A stretch of DNA of 63,864 nt, counting the filler, from Craspedostauros australis (taxonomy: Eukaryota), in the NCBI GenBank assembly GCA_030167865.1. It is 15 parts of 15 records of this genome, joined end to end, with 100 filler letters (N's around TTAATTAATTAA, not from the genome) between each part and the next. Parts side by side here need not be neighbours in the genome. Positions count along the whole stretch, not along the records: positions 22,211 to 29,148 come from JALAGF010006449.1; positions 29,249 to 36,283 come from JALAGF010006450.1; 13 more parts are not named here. One strand, written 5' to 3'. Both the position numbers and the translations under genes were made by a program. The notes beneath the pieces were generated by a model. The model was not told where the DNA came from and did no database searches. It saw nothing but the letters and a program-made list of their open reading frames with translations. Within the stretch, counting starts at the first letter, position 1, and every line of letters starts with the position of its first letter. Shown here one piece after another: positions 22,590 to 34,914 of this stretch.

Positions 22590-24974
22590 GACGCATCGCC
22601 GTCCTTGGCATTGCTCCCTTCCGTCCGATGGTTGTGAAGCTGTCTGCGTCCGTTGTTCCTGCTTCGATGAATATGTTCGGTGCTGGTGCCCAGCCACGGA
22701 ACTGTCCGTATGATTGGTTGAGCCACTTGATATCGCGAGAACAGACCAGTGATTTGGTCGATGGTCTGTACATGTTGTATACTCCTGATGCATGTTGGTG
22801 TGCATATCTGATGAACACCATCTCTTCTCCTCTATTCTTGAGTTTGGCGGTGATCCCGCCGTAGGTAGTCGTCACAACACCCACCTCTCCGAATGTGCGG
22901 AGTGCATCCGCATATGGTGCATCGTTTCCAAAGAATTGGCGATGTGGTGACTCCTTCTGATTCTTTGCTACGGTGATGTTGGCAATGGCGGTGGCAGTAC
23001 TCGCAGCTGCTGCCCACAGGCCATGCCTATACTCTTCGTTGAGCTGTGCTCCGTTGAGCATGGAGCGGATCTTGGTGTAGAGGTACGCGAACTTGCGTTC
23101 CACTCTACCGTTCTGTTGCGGCGTGTTTGATTCCGTGAATTCGAATTTCACGTTGAGTCCTGCATCGATGAGAATATCCTGCGTGGATTTGTTCTCTCCG
23201 CTGTTGTCTCCTCGGAAGATGATTTGTTGATCACCAGTCTGTGACTTGATCGTCTGGATGAATCGTTTGATGTATCCTGGTTGATCACTTTTGTTCTTGA
23301 GAAAGAAACTCCAGCAGTGATCCGTGCAGTCGTCCACGNNNNNNNNNNNNNNNNNNNNNNNNNNNNNNNNNNNNNNNNNNNNNNNNNNAGTCGTCCACGA
23401 TCAGGGTCCAGTAGCGTTTATCTCCAAAGCTTATGTGTTTAGTGTAACTAATGTCAATGAAGAGACGTTTGCTGCGGCGAGTTGCTCTTGGAATTGTTGC
23501 CTTCAGAATGTTCTTCACTCTTGCGTTCGCGACCGCGCAGTCGCGACATACCGGCATCTCGCCGATGATCTTCCATCCGTATTGGGCGGCTNNNNNNNNN
23601 NNNNNNNNNNNNNNNNNNNNNNNNNNNNNNNNNNNNNNNNNNNNNNNNNNNNNNNNNNNNNNNNNNNNGGCTGTGCAAGCCTTGTCGTCGTCCGTTGGCA
23701 TGATGGGATGCATCTGCACTCCCGTGATGAATCCGTTGGATGTGGGGAAGACCCGATCGAACACGATCTTCGTTCCGGATCCGTTGATGATGTCCATCAG
23801 AATGCCGTTGTTACCAAGCTGGTAACTGTTGTACAGAGCCTTGTTCGTTGAGAAAAGGTTCACCACCATTTTGGGTGTGTACTTCACATCATCGAGCCAG
23901 ATGATGTGGCCAGTGTTGTCTCGTTGCTTGACCTTCAAGCGAATGGATCCCATTTTGGGAGAGTCCAGCTTTGTGCTGTCTCCCACTTGGACGAAGGACT
24001 TGATGTGCTGCACGTTGAAGAGAGCAGCGTCCGAATTGACGATACGACACAAAGCTCCGCCGTCGGCGAGCCAGGTGTCCTTGTTGACCTTGTCCTTGTA
24101 TCTGGTGCTCAGCTCGTGGAGCTGCTCCATGGCAGCTGCAGCTATCTCGTCGTCAAAGCTGCCGTCGTCTTTGTCTTCATGAACTCCATCTTCGTTGTAT
24201 GGATTATGGTGATCCTCATCATCCATGTCATTGGGTAGTTGCGCGTAGTCCGATGGAACCGTACTGTTTTGATGTGATCCTGTGGCTGGATCATAAGGGT
24301 TGACGCGTGGTCGTTCGCGTAAGAGCATGCACATGCATCCTCCAAGGATGTAATGCAGATCCGTCTCTGGGATCGTCTCTGTGTTATCCGCCTCCAACAG
24401 TCGGTTGATGATGACCGAGTTGGCAAGAATCTCTTCGATTGATCTGAAGTTCTTGGATAGGATGGATCCCATCATGTTCACCCATATTGGTCTGAGCACT
24501 CCTTGTGCGACTCCTGGGAACATCTTCACTCCTGCTTCCATTACGGCATCGAAGATGAGTTGCTTCTGGATTATCAATGCTGTTGCCGTTGCGTAGGGAA
24601 TCGTATCATGTCGGTGGACGTGATTCGAGTTGTTGGGACTCTCGATCGGTGGGAATTCGATGTTCGTTGGATAGATGACACGCTCGTTTGGGTTGAAGCT
24701 GTCGTCTGGATGGTTTTCTGTTTCGTCGCTGTTGTCTTCATCGAAGATGCCCGATCTGTTGTTCCCCGCCACTGGAGGAGGCGGTGCTGCGCCGCCGTTC
24801 GTCTCGTCTCGATCTCTGTTGTTCTCGTTGGTCTCATCGTCATCCTCTTCGCTCATGGCCTCTTCGATATCGCTATCGATGGCCTCGTTGCCCATCTCGG
24901 CTCCGTCGCCGTATGGACCGATCAGGTCGTTTGCGTTGAAGCAGCACTCGTAGCTCACATCACGTCTTGGATCC
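22590..24974 (-). mobile_element. Copia family B pol: protease, GAG-pre-integrase and integrase
   Basis: Contains WLADGGA, CRDC, LFIDISY, IVDDCTDHCWSFFLK, FRGDNSGEN and TPQQNGRVERKF. Confidence 0.92.
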
Positions 24975-25048
24975 TGTCAAATGCATAAATAACCACTATG
25001 CTACTATGTGTACACATAGTAGCATAGTGGTTATTTATGCATTTGATA
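24975..25048. mobile_element. 74-bp palindromic mini-insertion with 5-bp TSD
   Basis: Perfect 70-bp palindrome at 24977-25046; ends TGTCAA...TTGATA; GATCC at 24970-24974 and 25049-25053. Confidence 0.9.
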
Positions 25049-26413
25049 GATCCACCTCGTGGATGATGGGCTCTTCGCTGAGCCACTCGGGGACGATCTC
25101 ATCGTCCTGCACTTCGTTGTCGCTCCCGACGTACTCGAAGTTATCGAAGAAGGAGTCTTCGATGTAATCATCGGACACCAACATGCAGAGCGGCATGTCT
25201 TTCGCTGAGAGTACCATCTCGTGCCCGCTCTTGTCGTGTCCTTGTGTTGCTGTGTTGGCCTGCTTGTCAGCCTTCTTCTTCTTGTTGAACTTCTTCTTTC
25301 GGCACTCCGCCTCGCGATGTCCAAAGATGCCGCAGTAGTTGCATTTGCCATTGAAGCCGCTTCCCTTGTTGCAGTTGTTGTTACGCTTTCCGTTCATTTT
25401 GTTGTTGTTTTTCTTGTTGTTCGATTTCTTATGTTCTGGGCAATCGGCGGATCTGTGACCATACACACCACAGTTGTGGCAGGTCCCCTTGAAGTTACCG
25501 GTGCTAGTGAAGCCAGTGTCGTTGCTCTTCGTGTTGCTGTCTTGGAAATCGTCGATGTACGCCTTTCCTCCTTGATGAGTAGCGTGTGCTGTGCGGAGCA
25601 CTCCTCTGATCGCATTGATGGTGACTACGTCTGGATTGAACGTGAGTTGATGTTGGAAGTTCATGATGTGAGTTTGTATTCGCTACTCACCGTGCTGAGG
25701 ATCTGCATGATCATCTCCTCGTCTGTGATCTCGTACTTGACATCGTGGAGACGCGAGTGTAGACCCTCGAGTCGCGTGATGTAGATATCGGGGTCCGTGT
25801 CTTTCTTCATCCTCTCGTTGTTGAATTGGCGCTTGAGTTTGATCTTTGTCGCCACATCGGATGGACGGAACTTCTCCGCAAGAACGTTCCATGCTGCGTG
25901 TGGATCTCCTTTGGGATAATTGTCGGAGACGCATTGGTTGATGTATTGGATGGCCTGTTTGCCTTTCCCTTTCTCTGCATCCATCATGAGGATCAGATTG
26001 CTGAAGCAGTCGCATGCCAGCTCGTAGGTTTCTTCCAATGCTTCCTTGTCTTCTCCGGTGGCTGTTTTGATCTCACTCACTGTTGGGACCTTGGTCTTGC
26101 CCAACATCACGTCTCTCGTCTTCTGTGCACGAGCGTACGCCTTCGCTTGGGACTCCCATGTGCTGTAGTCTTCTTGTTCCCCGCTGAACATTGACGCCTT
26201 GATGCGCCGCTTGTTGTTGTTGACTGATGTCGCCATGTTGATTTGTTGTTTCATTGTTGGTGCGCTCGTGCCCTTGATTTCCATTTGTTTCTGTGTTGTC
26301 GTTTCTTCGATTTGCGCTTGTTGTTTCGCGAGGGTTGTTTTCCTCACAAATTCTCCTCCTGGTGGTGTTTCACTTTTCCCACCCTGTTTGGCTGTGCGAA
26401 TGCTCTCCGTCAC
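25049..26413 (-). mobile_element. Copia family B gag (UBN2-like, two CCHC knuckles), frameshifted near 25663
   Basis: Contains FSGEQEDYSTW, DPDIYITRLE, CHNCGVYGHRSADC and CNYCGIFGHREAEC. Confidence 0.9.
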
Positions 26414-26723
26414 ACCAGTCTCCTCTTGCTTGACCGCCTTGAGAATCCTCTTCTCCTCGCGGTGTAGTCTTGCAGACCGTTCTTCTTCGGTCTTGTCGAT
26501 CGCGCTTGCCTCTGTGCTTGATAGGACAGTAGCCGCGGCTTCTTCCTTCTCTTGTCGTGGTCAAGTCTCACTCGCACCTTCTTGTCTCTTGATAGTCGGG
26601 TTGGACAGAGGGATGTCTCTCAATTCCTCTTCCTCGCTCATTCAGCTTGCTGCTCTTGAATGATGTTCGTCTTCCTCGCACGATCCGATCCGCGGGCTTG
26701 CCCTGATCTATCGTTTATAAACG

Positions 26724-27510
26724 TGTTGGCAAGTTCCGTGATTGGTAACCTATGATCGTGGAAGATGGTGTTGGTTGATAGTCGTTCGTTTGCTATTTCA
26801 TTACTTGGCTACTCCGATCCTCTCGGTGTACACCAGTTCTCTTGCCCAATGCTCTAGGTGCTTCAATCTGTTTCGTAGATTCGATCTCCGACTATGAGTC
26901 GGTACGCGAGATGCTCTCTCGCTCCTCTTCGTATTCTCTCTCTCTCTCTCTCTCTCTGTCTTAGTATCGTGTACTTCGTGCTACACAATACTCCATGTTC
27001 GATGCGTACTCTGCATTCAACACTCCATTCATTCAGTACTGGTTCCTACTCCATGAGTACTTACCACTTGAACTTCACCTCTTGTATCCATGATCTTGAT
27101 GCCCTTCGGTCATCGGATCTTCGCCTCCTGCTCTGACTTGGAGACAGATGTCGACGTGGTGACATGNNNNNNNNNNNNNNNNNNNNNNNNNNNNNNNNNN
27201 NNNNNNNNNNNNNNNNGTTCCATTGGTGATGCAGTAGTCTGTCAGATGATATCGTCATCTGAGGTTTAGTTGGGAAGTACCTCAAGATTCTCTTGGTACC
27301 ATTGATGGATGAACGGACGATATTTCTAATTCTCTCAGAAATCGTCGATTGCAAATTTCCTCCAGAAATTCTGCTCATTTTCTTTTGTTCCATTTCCACT
27401 GTAATTCTGACGAATCACAGAATACTATCGACGCGAGTGTAGTTATACCGTCCAAGTGCGTATGAGAGAATAACGGGTGAACGATGCACATATACACGTA
27501 CATCTCGACA
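26724..27510 (-). mobile_element. 5' LTR of Copia family B
   Basis: Minus strand tgtcgagatg...cttgccaaca; homologous to 60279-61059; lies upstream of gag. Confidence 0.9.
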
Positions 27511-27941
27511 TATCCCTTCATGACCTAGGGGATTACTTTGATCCAATATAAATTTCATTCTCACCCCATTCCGTTTTTGACCGCAACTTTTACATGTACC
27601 CCTCCACTTTTCTTGTACCAACGGAATCCTTGGGAGTTGGCGCTTCTNNNNNNNNNNNNNNNNNNNNNNNNNNNNNNNNNNNNNNNNNNNNNNNNNNNNN
27701 NNNNNNNNNNNNNNNNNNNNNNNNNNNNNNNNNNNNNNNNNNNNNNNNNNNNNNNNNNNAGGCCATCATCGCTGATTTTCGTGACACATCAATGATTTCT
27801 CGGTGCTCACATCTCTCAACTCGATCGCCGTTTTCGCATGCATCACTTGGCATGCGTGTTCATACAGCTCCATGGATGCCTCCCAGCACATTGCTTTGCT
27901 GATGATCTCTGTGGCCCATTGCTCATGGATCATTCTTCGGT

Positions 27942-29148
27942 GTGAGCAATCTCTTTGATTGTTTCTTCTCACCGTCGAAGAGATCATCGCGATTGGTGAT
28001 CACAAAATTGCAATCGCAATTCCAACCATNNNNNNNNNNNNNNNNNNNNNNNNNNNNNNNNNNNNNNNNNNNNNNNNNNNNNNNNNNNNNGCCTGCATCA
28101 TCTCCGGCTTCTCCCACATCCAAGCGTGCCAAAGCATCCAAGCCTTCTTCCAATGGCGCGGCAAGCTACAATTGCGCCAAACCCTTCGTGGTATTCCTCA
28201 ACAGCAATCGGAGAAAATCCCTTCATGCTACCAATGGAGTGACGGGAGACCGTTACGCAGGAGCACCAATCGCAAGCAGCAAGAGAGTATGCAATGGCAA
28301 CAGTGCCTGCATCAGTGTGGCTGGTACCACCACTGCAAGCATAATCGAAAGCAACAGGCGCAGCAGTCGCATTATCGAGCGCCTCAAACGCAAACTTGCG
28401 TTGAGGTGCGGAAGAAAAAACGAGAGGAGTGGCCCAATTGCAACCAACAACAGCAACGATGGCACGGCCAGCAACAATGGCACAGCCAGCAGCAATGGCA
28501 CGGCCAGCAACAATGGCACAGCCAGCAGCAAGGGCACGGCCAGCAGCAATGGCACGGCCAGCAGCAAGGGCACGGCCAGCAACAATGGAGCAACTGCTGT
28601 GGATGGCACAGCCATTCCTGTGCATGGAGCCGACAACAATGTTGCCTATGAACCACTCCCCATCAGTTCCCACAAGCCACTCTTCCGGTCAGTTGGAGGT
28701 TTCAACCCATCAGTTAATACCATCCTGGAGGTTTACTTCTCACGGCAACTCATCAAGTCCATGCAAGTCCACACCAACAACCATATCTTCAACAGTGGAT
28801 CCACGGCCAGCTTNNTTTCAGTGAAGGAGATCTACCTCTTCCTTGCAATCTACTACTACATGGGAGTCTTCAAGGCACCAGCCAAGCGGGATTATTGGCG
28901 CGCCCCGTCCATTGGTGTACCATCCCACCTGCTCACAAAGTACATGACACGAGCAAGATATAAAGTTGTGTGGAACCACATTCACTTCTCAGCTGTGAGG
29001 AATGCAGTTGCTTCTGATACAACCAATGCCACTGACTCGGAAGATGAGGATATCAGTGACAGCAAAGACGATCTCATCCAGAGCCGATATGAATCTCTCA
29101 TGAGTGTAACGGCCAGCAGCTGCTCTCCGTCAAGTCGGTCTGCAACTT
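27942..29148 (+). mobile_element. piggyBac-like transposase N-terminal part with 18-bp coding tandem repeat
   Basis: EIYLFLAIYYYMG...KRDYW...YMTRARYKVVWNHIHF; GTAS(N/S)(N/K) repeats at about 28461-28590. Confidence 0.75.
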
Positions 29149-29248
29149 NNNNNNNNNNNNNNNNNNNNNNNNNNNNNNNNNNNNNNNNNNNNTTAATTAA
29201 TTAANNNNNNNNNNNNNNNNNNNNNNNNNNNNNNNNNNNNNNNNNNNN

Positions 29249-29797
29249 CCATGCCTGACGTTCATGACTCCAATGCAGGAATGCGAATCACACGTGTATG
29301 TCGCAGGGGGCGGGGATGTTGGAATCGTGACCGACATCACAATACGAGCGACTACGGCCCCCACGTCACAACCAATGAGATAAGAGTACTGGAGGAAGGC
29401 CGACATCACGAAGTGTGAGACGGCCTGTGAACGAACCTGGTATGAGGAACATCCAGGAAGCCGGTGAAGTGATCGGNNNNNNNNNNNNNNNNNNNNNNNN
29501 NNNNNNNNNNNNNNNNNNNNNNNNNNNNNNNNNNNNNNNNNNNNNNNNNNNNNNNNNNNNNNNNNNNNNNNNNNNNAGCTCCCAACCAAGGCGTTCCCGC
29601 AACGGATGAGAGATCGTGATCTGATCGAATGAGCCGATCTGTGTCATGCCTACGACTCGGTGATGTCTAAGGCATCGGAACTATCAGCGGAGGGCAACGT
29701 GCTAATGTGCACAAACATGGGGTACTCGGTGGTGCATGCATGTCCATGATGAATTTGCGATGAATGCAAGATGGATGCCTGCTAGACCAACAGAGGG
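29249..29797 (+). mobile_element. LTR family A, partial
   Basis: Highly similar to 37902-38439. Confidence 0.85.
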
Positions 29798-29997
29798 NNN
29801 NNNNNNNNNNNNNNNNNNNNNNNNNNNNNNNNNNNNNNNNNNNNNNNNNNNNNNNNNNNNNNNNNNNNNNNNNNNNNNNNNNNNNNNNNNNNNNNNNNNN
29901 NNNNNNNNNNNNNNNNNNNNNNNNNNNNNNNNNNNNNNNNNNNNNNNNNNNNNNNNNNNNNNNNNNNNNNNNNNNNNNNNNNNNNNNNNNNNNNNNN

Positions 29998-32218
29998 ACT
30001 GATCGGAAAGACCTTCGTGTATGATCGTGATGGCGAGCAAGTCAAAGCAGAAGTCATCCAACGCGTGAACGATGCTGATGCAGCAAACCACCAACGCATC
30101 AAGATGCTCCTCTCCATCGACAACGGAGCTGTCAACGACCTCATCTCGTATGTGGAACTGTCCAATCTTATCGAACAACAGACCGACAGCAGCACCAATG
30201 GAGAAGACGCCAAGTGGGGATTCCACAGCATCACAGGACATGAAGGTCCCCTGGTGNNNNNNNNNNNNNNNNNNNNNNNNNNNNNNNNNNNNNNNNNNNN
30301 NNNNNNNNNNNNNNNNNNNNNNNNNNNNNNNNNNNNNNNNNNNNNNNNNNNNNNNNNNNNNNNNNNNNNNNNNNNNNNNNNNNNNNNNNNNNNNNNNCTC
30401 GAACAGCCAGGGTGGAAGCGTCTCAAGAAGACTGCTGAACGGCAAGGACGCATGAAACGGCAAGCACACATTGCCAAGACCAAGTCCAAGCGACACACCA
30501 ACACACCCATCTACCAATTCGGTGTACAGGTGCCACGCAACCACCAAGAGGCCATGCGCCTGGATGCCAAGAATGGCAACAACAACTGGGCAAAGGCAGA
30601 GAAAACAGAGATGGAGCAACTCTTTGGCTACGGTACCTTCAAGTCGCTCGGAAAGACGACCGAAGTGCCAGATGGATACCAAAAGATCCGACTNCANTGG
30701 GTGTACGCAGTCAAGCATGACTTGCGTCACAAGGCCCGGTGTGTTGCAGGTGGACATCTGACCGATCCATGCGGCGACACATCCTACGCTGGTGTCGTGA
30801 GCCTTCAGTCCCTTCGTATCGCACTACTCGCTGGTGAAGCCAATGGTCTACAGACCATGGTAGGCGACATCGGAAACGCGTACCTCGAGGCCTACACCAG
30901 AGAGAAGATATGCTTCATCGCAGGAGACGAATTCGGAGACAAGGTAGGCAACATGTTCACCATCGTCAAGGCGCTGTATGGCCTGCGCACATCCGGAGCC
31001 AGATTCCATGAGGCACTGGCTGATACCTTGCGAGACATGGGATTCATGCAATGCCGAGCAGATCCTGACGTCTGGATGCGCGACGCCAACACTCATTGGG
31101 AATACGTATGCGTATACGTGGACGACTTGATGGCTGTGATGGCGGATCCCAGATCCTTCTTCGACCAGCTGACGGCACAGTACGGCTACAAGCTGAAGGG
31201 AGTCGGCCCAATCTCATACCACTTGGGAGCTGACTTCGGCCGAGACACCGACGGAACCATGCGCATCAGCGCTCGGTCATACATCAAACGGATGTTGATC
31301 AACTTCGAGACCATGTTTGATGGGCCACCCCACAAACGAAGCAGTCCCCTCGACAAGGACGACAGTCCTGAACTCGACACTACCCCAGAACTCGGTGAGA
31401 TCCAGAAACAACAGTACATGTCTTTGATCGGAGCACTCCAATGGTGTGTCACACTTGGACGATTCGACATCCATGTCGCGGTCATGACGCTCTCNNNNNN
31501 NNNNNNNNNNNNNNNNNNNNNNNNNNNNNNNNNNNNNNNNNNNNNNNNNNNNNNNNNNNNNNNNNNNNNNNNNNNNNNNNNNNNNNNNNNNNNNNNNNNN
31601 NNNNNNNNNNNNNNNNNNNNNNNNNNNNNNNNNNNNNNNNNNNNNNNNNNNNNNNNNNNNNNNNNNNNNNNNNNNNGTACGGCAACACCACAGAAGAACT
31701 CCCATCAGATGCACCTGCTCCACGCGGTAAGGCCATGAGGACAACCACCTTCGTGGATGCAAACTTACTGCACTGCAGAGTGTCCGGGAAGTCTGCCACT
31801 GGCGTACTCCACCTCGTCAATCAGACACCAATCGATTGGTTCTCGAAGAGACAGTCAACCGTGGAGACAGCAACCTACGGATCTGAGTTCGTGGCCGCAC
31901 GNNNNNNNNNNNNNNNNNNNNNNNNNNNNNNNNNNNNNNNNNNNNNNNNNNNNNNNNNNNNNNNNGGACCAAGCTGGATGTTTGGAGACAACCAAGGTGT
32001 TCTCTCATCATCGAACATCCCGAACAGCACTCTCACCAAGCGGCACAACGCGCTCGCCTACCACCGCGTTCGGTCTGCCATCGCTGCAGGGATCATGTAC
32101 TTCGTGAAGATCCATGGACACCAGAACGTCGCAGATGTCCTCACGAAGCTCCTTCCCAGATCAATCTTCTGGGATTTGGTGCAACCGCTCCTATTCTGGA
32201 AAGGAGACACGAACACGT
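29998..32218 (+). mobile_element. Copia (CoDi-type) reverse transcriptase-RNase H
   Basis: Contains KARCVAGGH, GDIGNAYL, KALYGLRTSG, VYVDDL, FVDAN, TATYGSEFVA, GDNQGV and NVADVLTK. Confidence 0.95.
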
Positions 32219-32355
32219 CANNNNNNNNNNNNNNNNNNNNNNNNNNNNNNNNNNNNNNNNNNNNNNNNNNNNNNNNNNNNNNNNNNNNNNNNNNNNNNNN
32301 NNNNNNNNNNNNNNNNNNNNNNNNNNNNNNNNNNNNNNNNNNNNNNNNNNNNNNN

Positions 32356-32618
32356 GTCACATTACGAGCGAATAGCTCGACGAGAAACAAAACTAAAGAA
32401 GTACCAAGGTACTGGGTATCAGAGACAAGGTACCACGAAGCAAGAACGATACTGTGAGATAGCTACTGACCCAAAACAGTTGAACCTGAAGAGATGTAAA
32501 GATCCTATCCGATGCTTGCAGAACAGAGGAATGCAAGAGCAGAGGCATGGACATGAACAGAGGTCAGAGAGTAAGCTCACAACTCCTTAAGTTTGTAATA
32601 ACATTCGAGTTCTCAACA
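32356..32618 (+). mobile_element. Probable 3' LTR remainder of the CoDi element
   Basis: Non-coding sequence after RNase H, ending gagttctcaaca and abutting unrelated Harbinger sequence. Confidence 0.55.
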
Positions 32619-32719
32619 GACTTCCAGTGAACGCCACCTTCTCGATCTGATCAATTGCAGAAGGACGCGTTCTCCCCTACGTTACCACCAATTCCTCAAG
32701 TCTAACAACTGTTGGCAAC

Positions 32720-33210
32720 CCATAATACAGATTGAATGGAAGAATTTCGTTAAGAATGACAAACATCAAAGGTGCAAAGTCACAGTGGACGTGACTTACT
32801 TTCATGTTCGGGAATCTCATCTTTTTCAAAGAAATGGTACAGTCTCAAATACAAGGGAGCTGATCTGCAGTACAAGATGGCAATTTGTATCCAAGCTGGT
32901 GACATCGTTTGGTGCCATGGTCTGTTACCTTGTGGTCAGTGGCCAGACCAACAGATCTTCAACTGCTTGATGGTGGGAAACTTGCTGCTGATGAAATGGT
33001 GCATGCTGATTGAGGGTACAGCGGTCCCTTGGTATGCAAGCCAAAGGACTATGATACCAATGCTGACAGGGATGGCAAGACTCATGTAAGAGCAAGACAT
33101 GAAACCATCTACGTCTCTTCAAGAGATGGAAGATCTTACATGACTCATTTTGACATAATATGCAACTGTGCAAGACAGTATTGAAGGCAATTGCCATAGC
33201 TGTCTATTGA
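32720..33210 (+). pseudogene. Degenerate Harbinger/PIF transposase
   Basis: KVTVD, FSKKWYSLKYKGADLQYKMAICIQAGDIVWCHG..PCG and RARHET; multiple frameshifts; homologous to 57064-57330. Confidence 0.8.
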
Positions 33211-33949
33211 TCAGGGCTTCTTCCAGCCTTGCCAAGTCAGGTAATAGAGAAAGAGACAGACTAAGTGATTAGAGCAGAGCAGAGAAATTGGTTGTATGCA
33301 TGTGAACAATGTGTTGTACAGAAGACCTGTGTTGCATGTCATTGTCGTGATTATTGGTTTGCGTAATTGTCAATTGGAATGAATTCCATTGGGTCTTCGT
33401 GTTCATACCAAAAGGAAATATATGTAATGCCATCGCTCCCAGTTTTGCTTCGGACAAGAAATTCACAGTGTTGCACAGGACGTTTCTCATCATGAATTCC
33501 TGTGGTGATGATTCCTTCGCAAAATTCCGGAATTGTCCTGTGAGAACTCTCAATTCCTACTTCCGACGAAGAACAAGGAATCACCAACATGTCAAGATCA
33601 TCGACTGGATGGACTCGTTATTAACCAATCATAGCGCGCGACGTGGACAATGCGAATCGAAAGCGGACTTCGACAGATGTCAACATCACAAGTGTCGCGC
33701 GCGTGCGCGAAGCGACAAAAATTCTTGCGCGGTCAAACGTTGCCCAGGCAGAGTGACAAGTTTGAGTGTGCGAGATGCGTGTTGCCCCCAACGATGAATT
33801 CAGTAGTGGATGCCGGTTGTGCTTTCAATCACTTCCATGGAACGATCTCCGATCATGACAATTGGCAGTTGCAACACAGATTCTTCAGCAGCTGCTTTTG
33901 TGGTTAGATTGTTGTTGTCGCTATTGTCGTTGTTGTCATTGTTGTTGTT

Positions 33950-34914
33950 TGTCAGGAATCGGGTGTTGTGAAACACCGAATTGCCGCACCTCCCAAGAAT
34001 GTGGAGTTGAGAATTCTAGAATGCTACATTACCGCACCTCCCAAGAAGTCAAGAGTCAGGAGTCGAATGTCATGAAATGCTACATTACCGCAGCTCCCAC
34101 CTTTGACCATTGTGACACAGAAAATGTGAGCTGCACGTGTTTTGTGATGGAGAACGACACGTGCCGAATGCGAACCGGACTATGGTGTCCGTGACCTCAA
34201 TGCAGGAATGCCAATCACACGTGTATGTCGCAGGGGGCGGGGATGTTGGAATCGTGACCAACATCACGATACGAGCGACTATGGCCCCCATGTCGCAACC
34301 AATGAAAAAGAGTACTGGAGGAAGGCCAATGTCACGAAGTGTGAGACGGCCTGTGAACGAACCAGTGATGACGAACTTCCAAGAAGCCGGTGAAGTGATC
34401 GGCGAAGAAACCAGCAGAAACGACAGGAGAAGCATCGGAGAAGATCGGAGATGATCGGAGATGTTTNNNNNNNNNNNNNNNNNNNNNNNNNNNNNNNNNN
34501 NNNNNNNNNNNNNNNNTGAGCTCCCAACCAAGGTGCTCCTGCGACGAATGGGCAATCGTGATCTGATCGAATGAACCGATCTGTGTGATGCCTACGACTC
34601 AGTGATGTCTATGCCAACGAAACTATTGGTAGAGGGCAGGAGATGGAATATCTGAGATGCATGATGAGATGCATGATGAAATGAACCAATACTGCAAGAT
34701 GAGATGTACATGGAGTACATGCTGCATGACATGATGAAACAGGAGGACAGCACTGCATGAGCAAGGGCAAGACTGTGTGCTACTGTGGATTATGTATGCT
34801 TTGGCAAATGGAATTGAAAGTGATGATGTTGTACTCACAGTTCCAACAATGCACTAACATGAATAGGTAACCAGATACTACAACTAGAGACTGGGGTACC
34901 CCGGATTTCCAACA
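33950..34914 (+). mobile_element. Solo LTR family A in a (GTT)n tract
   Basis: tgtcaggaatc...ggatttccaaca flanked by GTTGTT on both sides. Confidence 0.9.
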
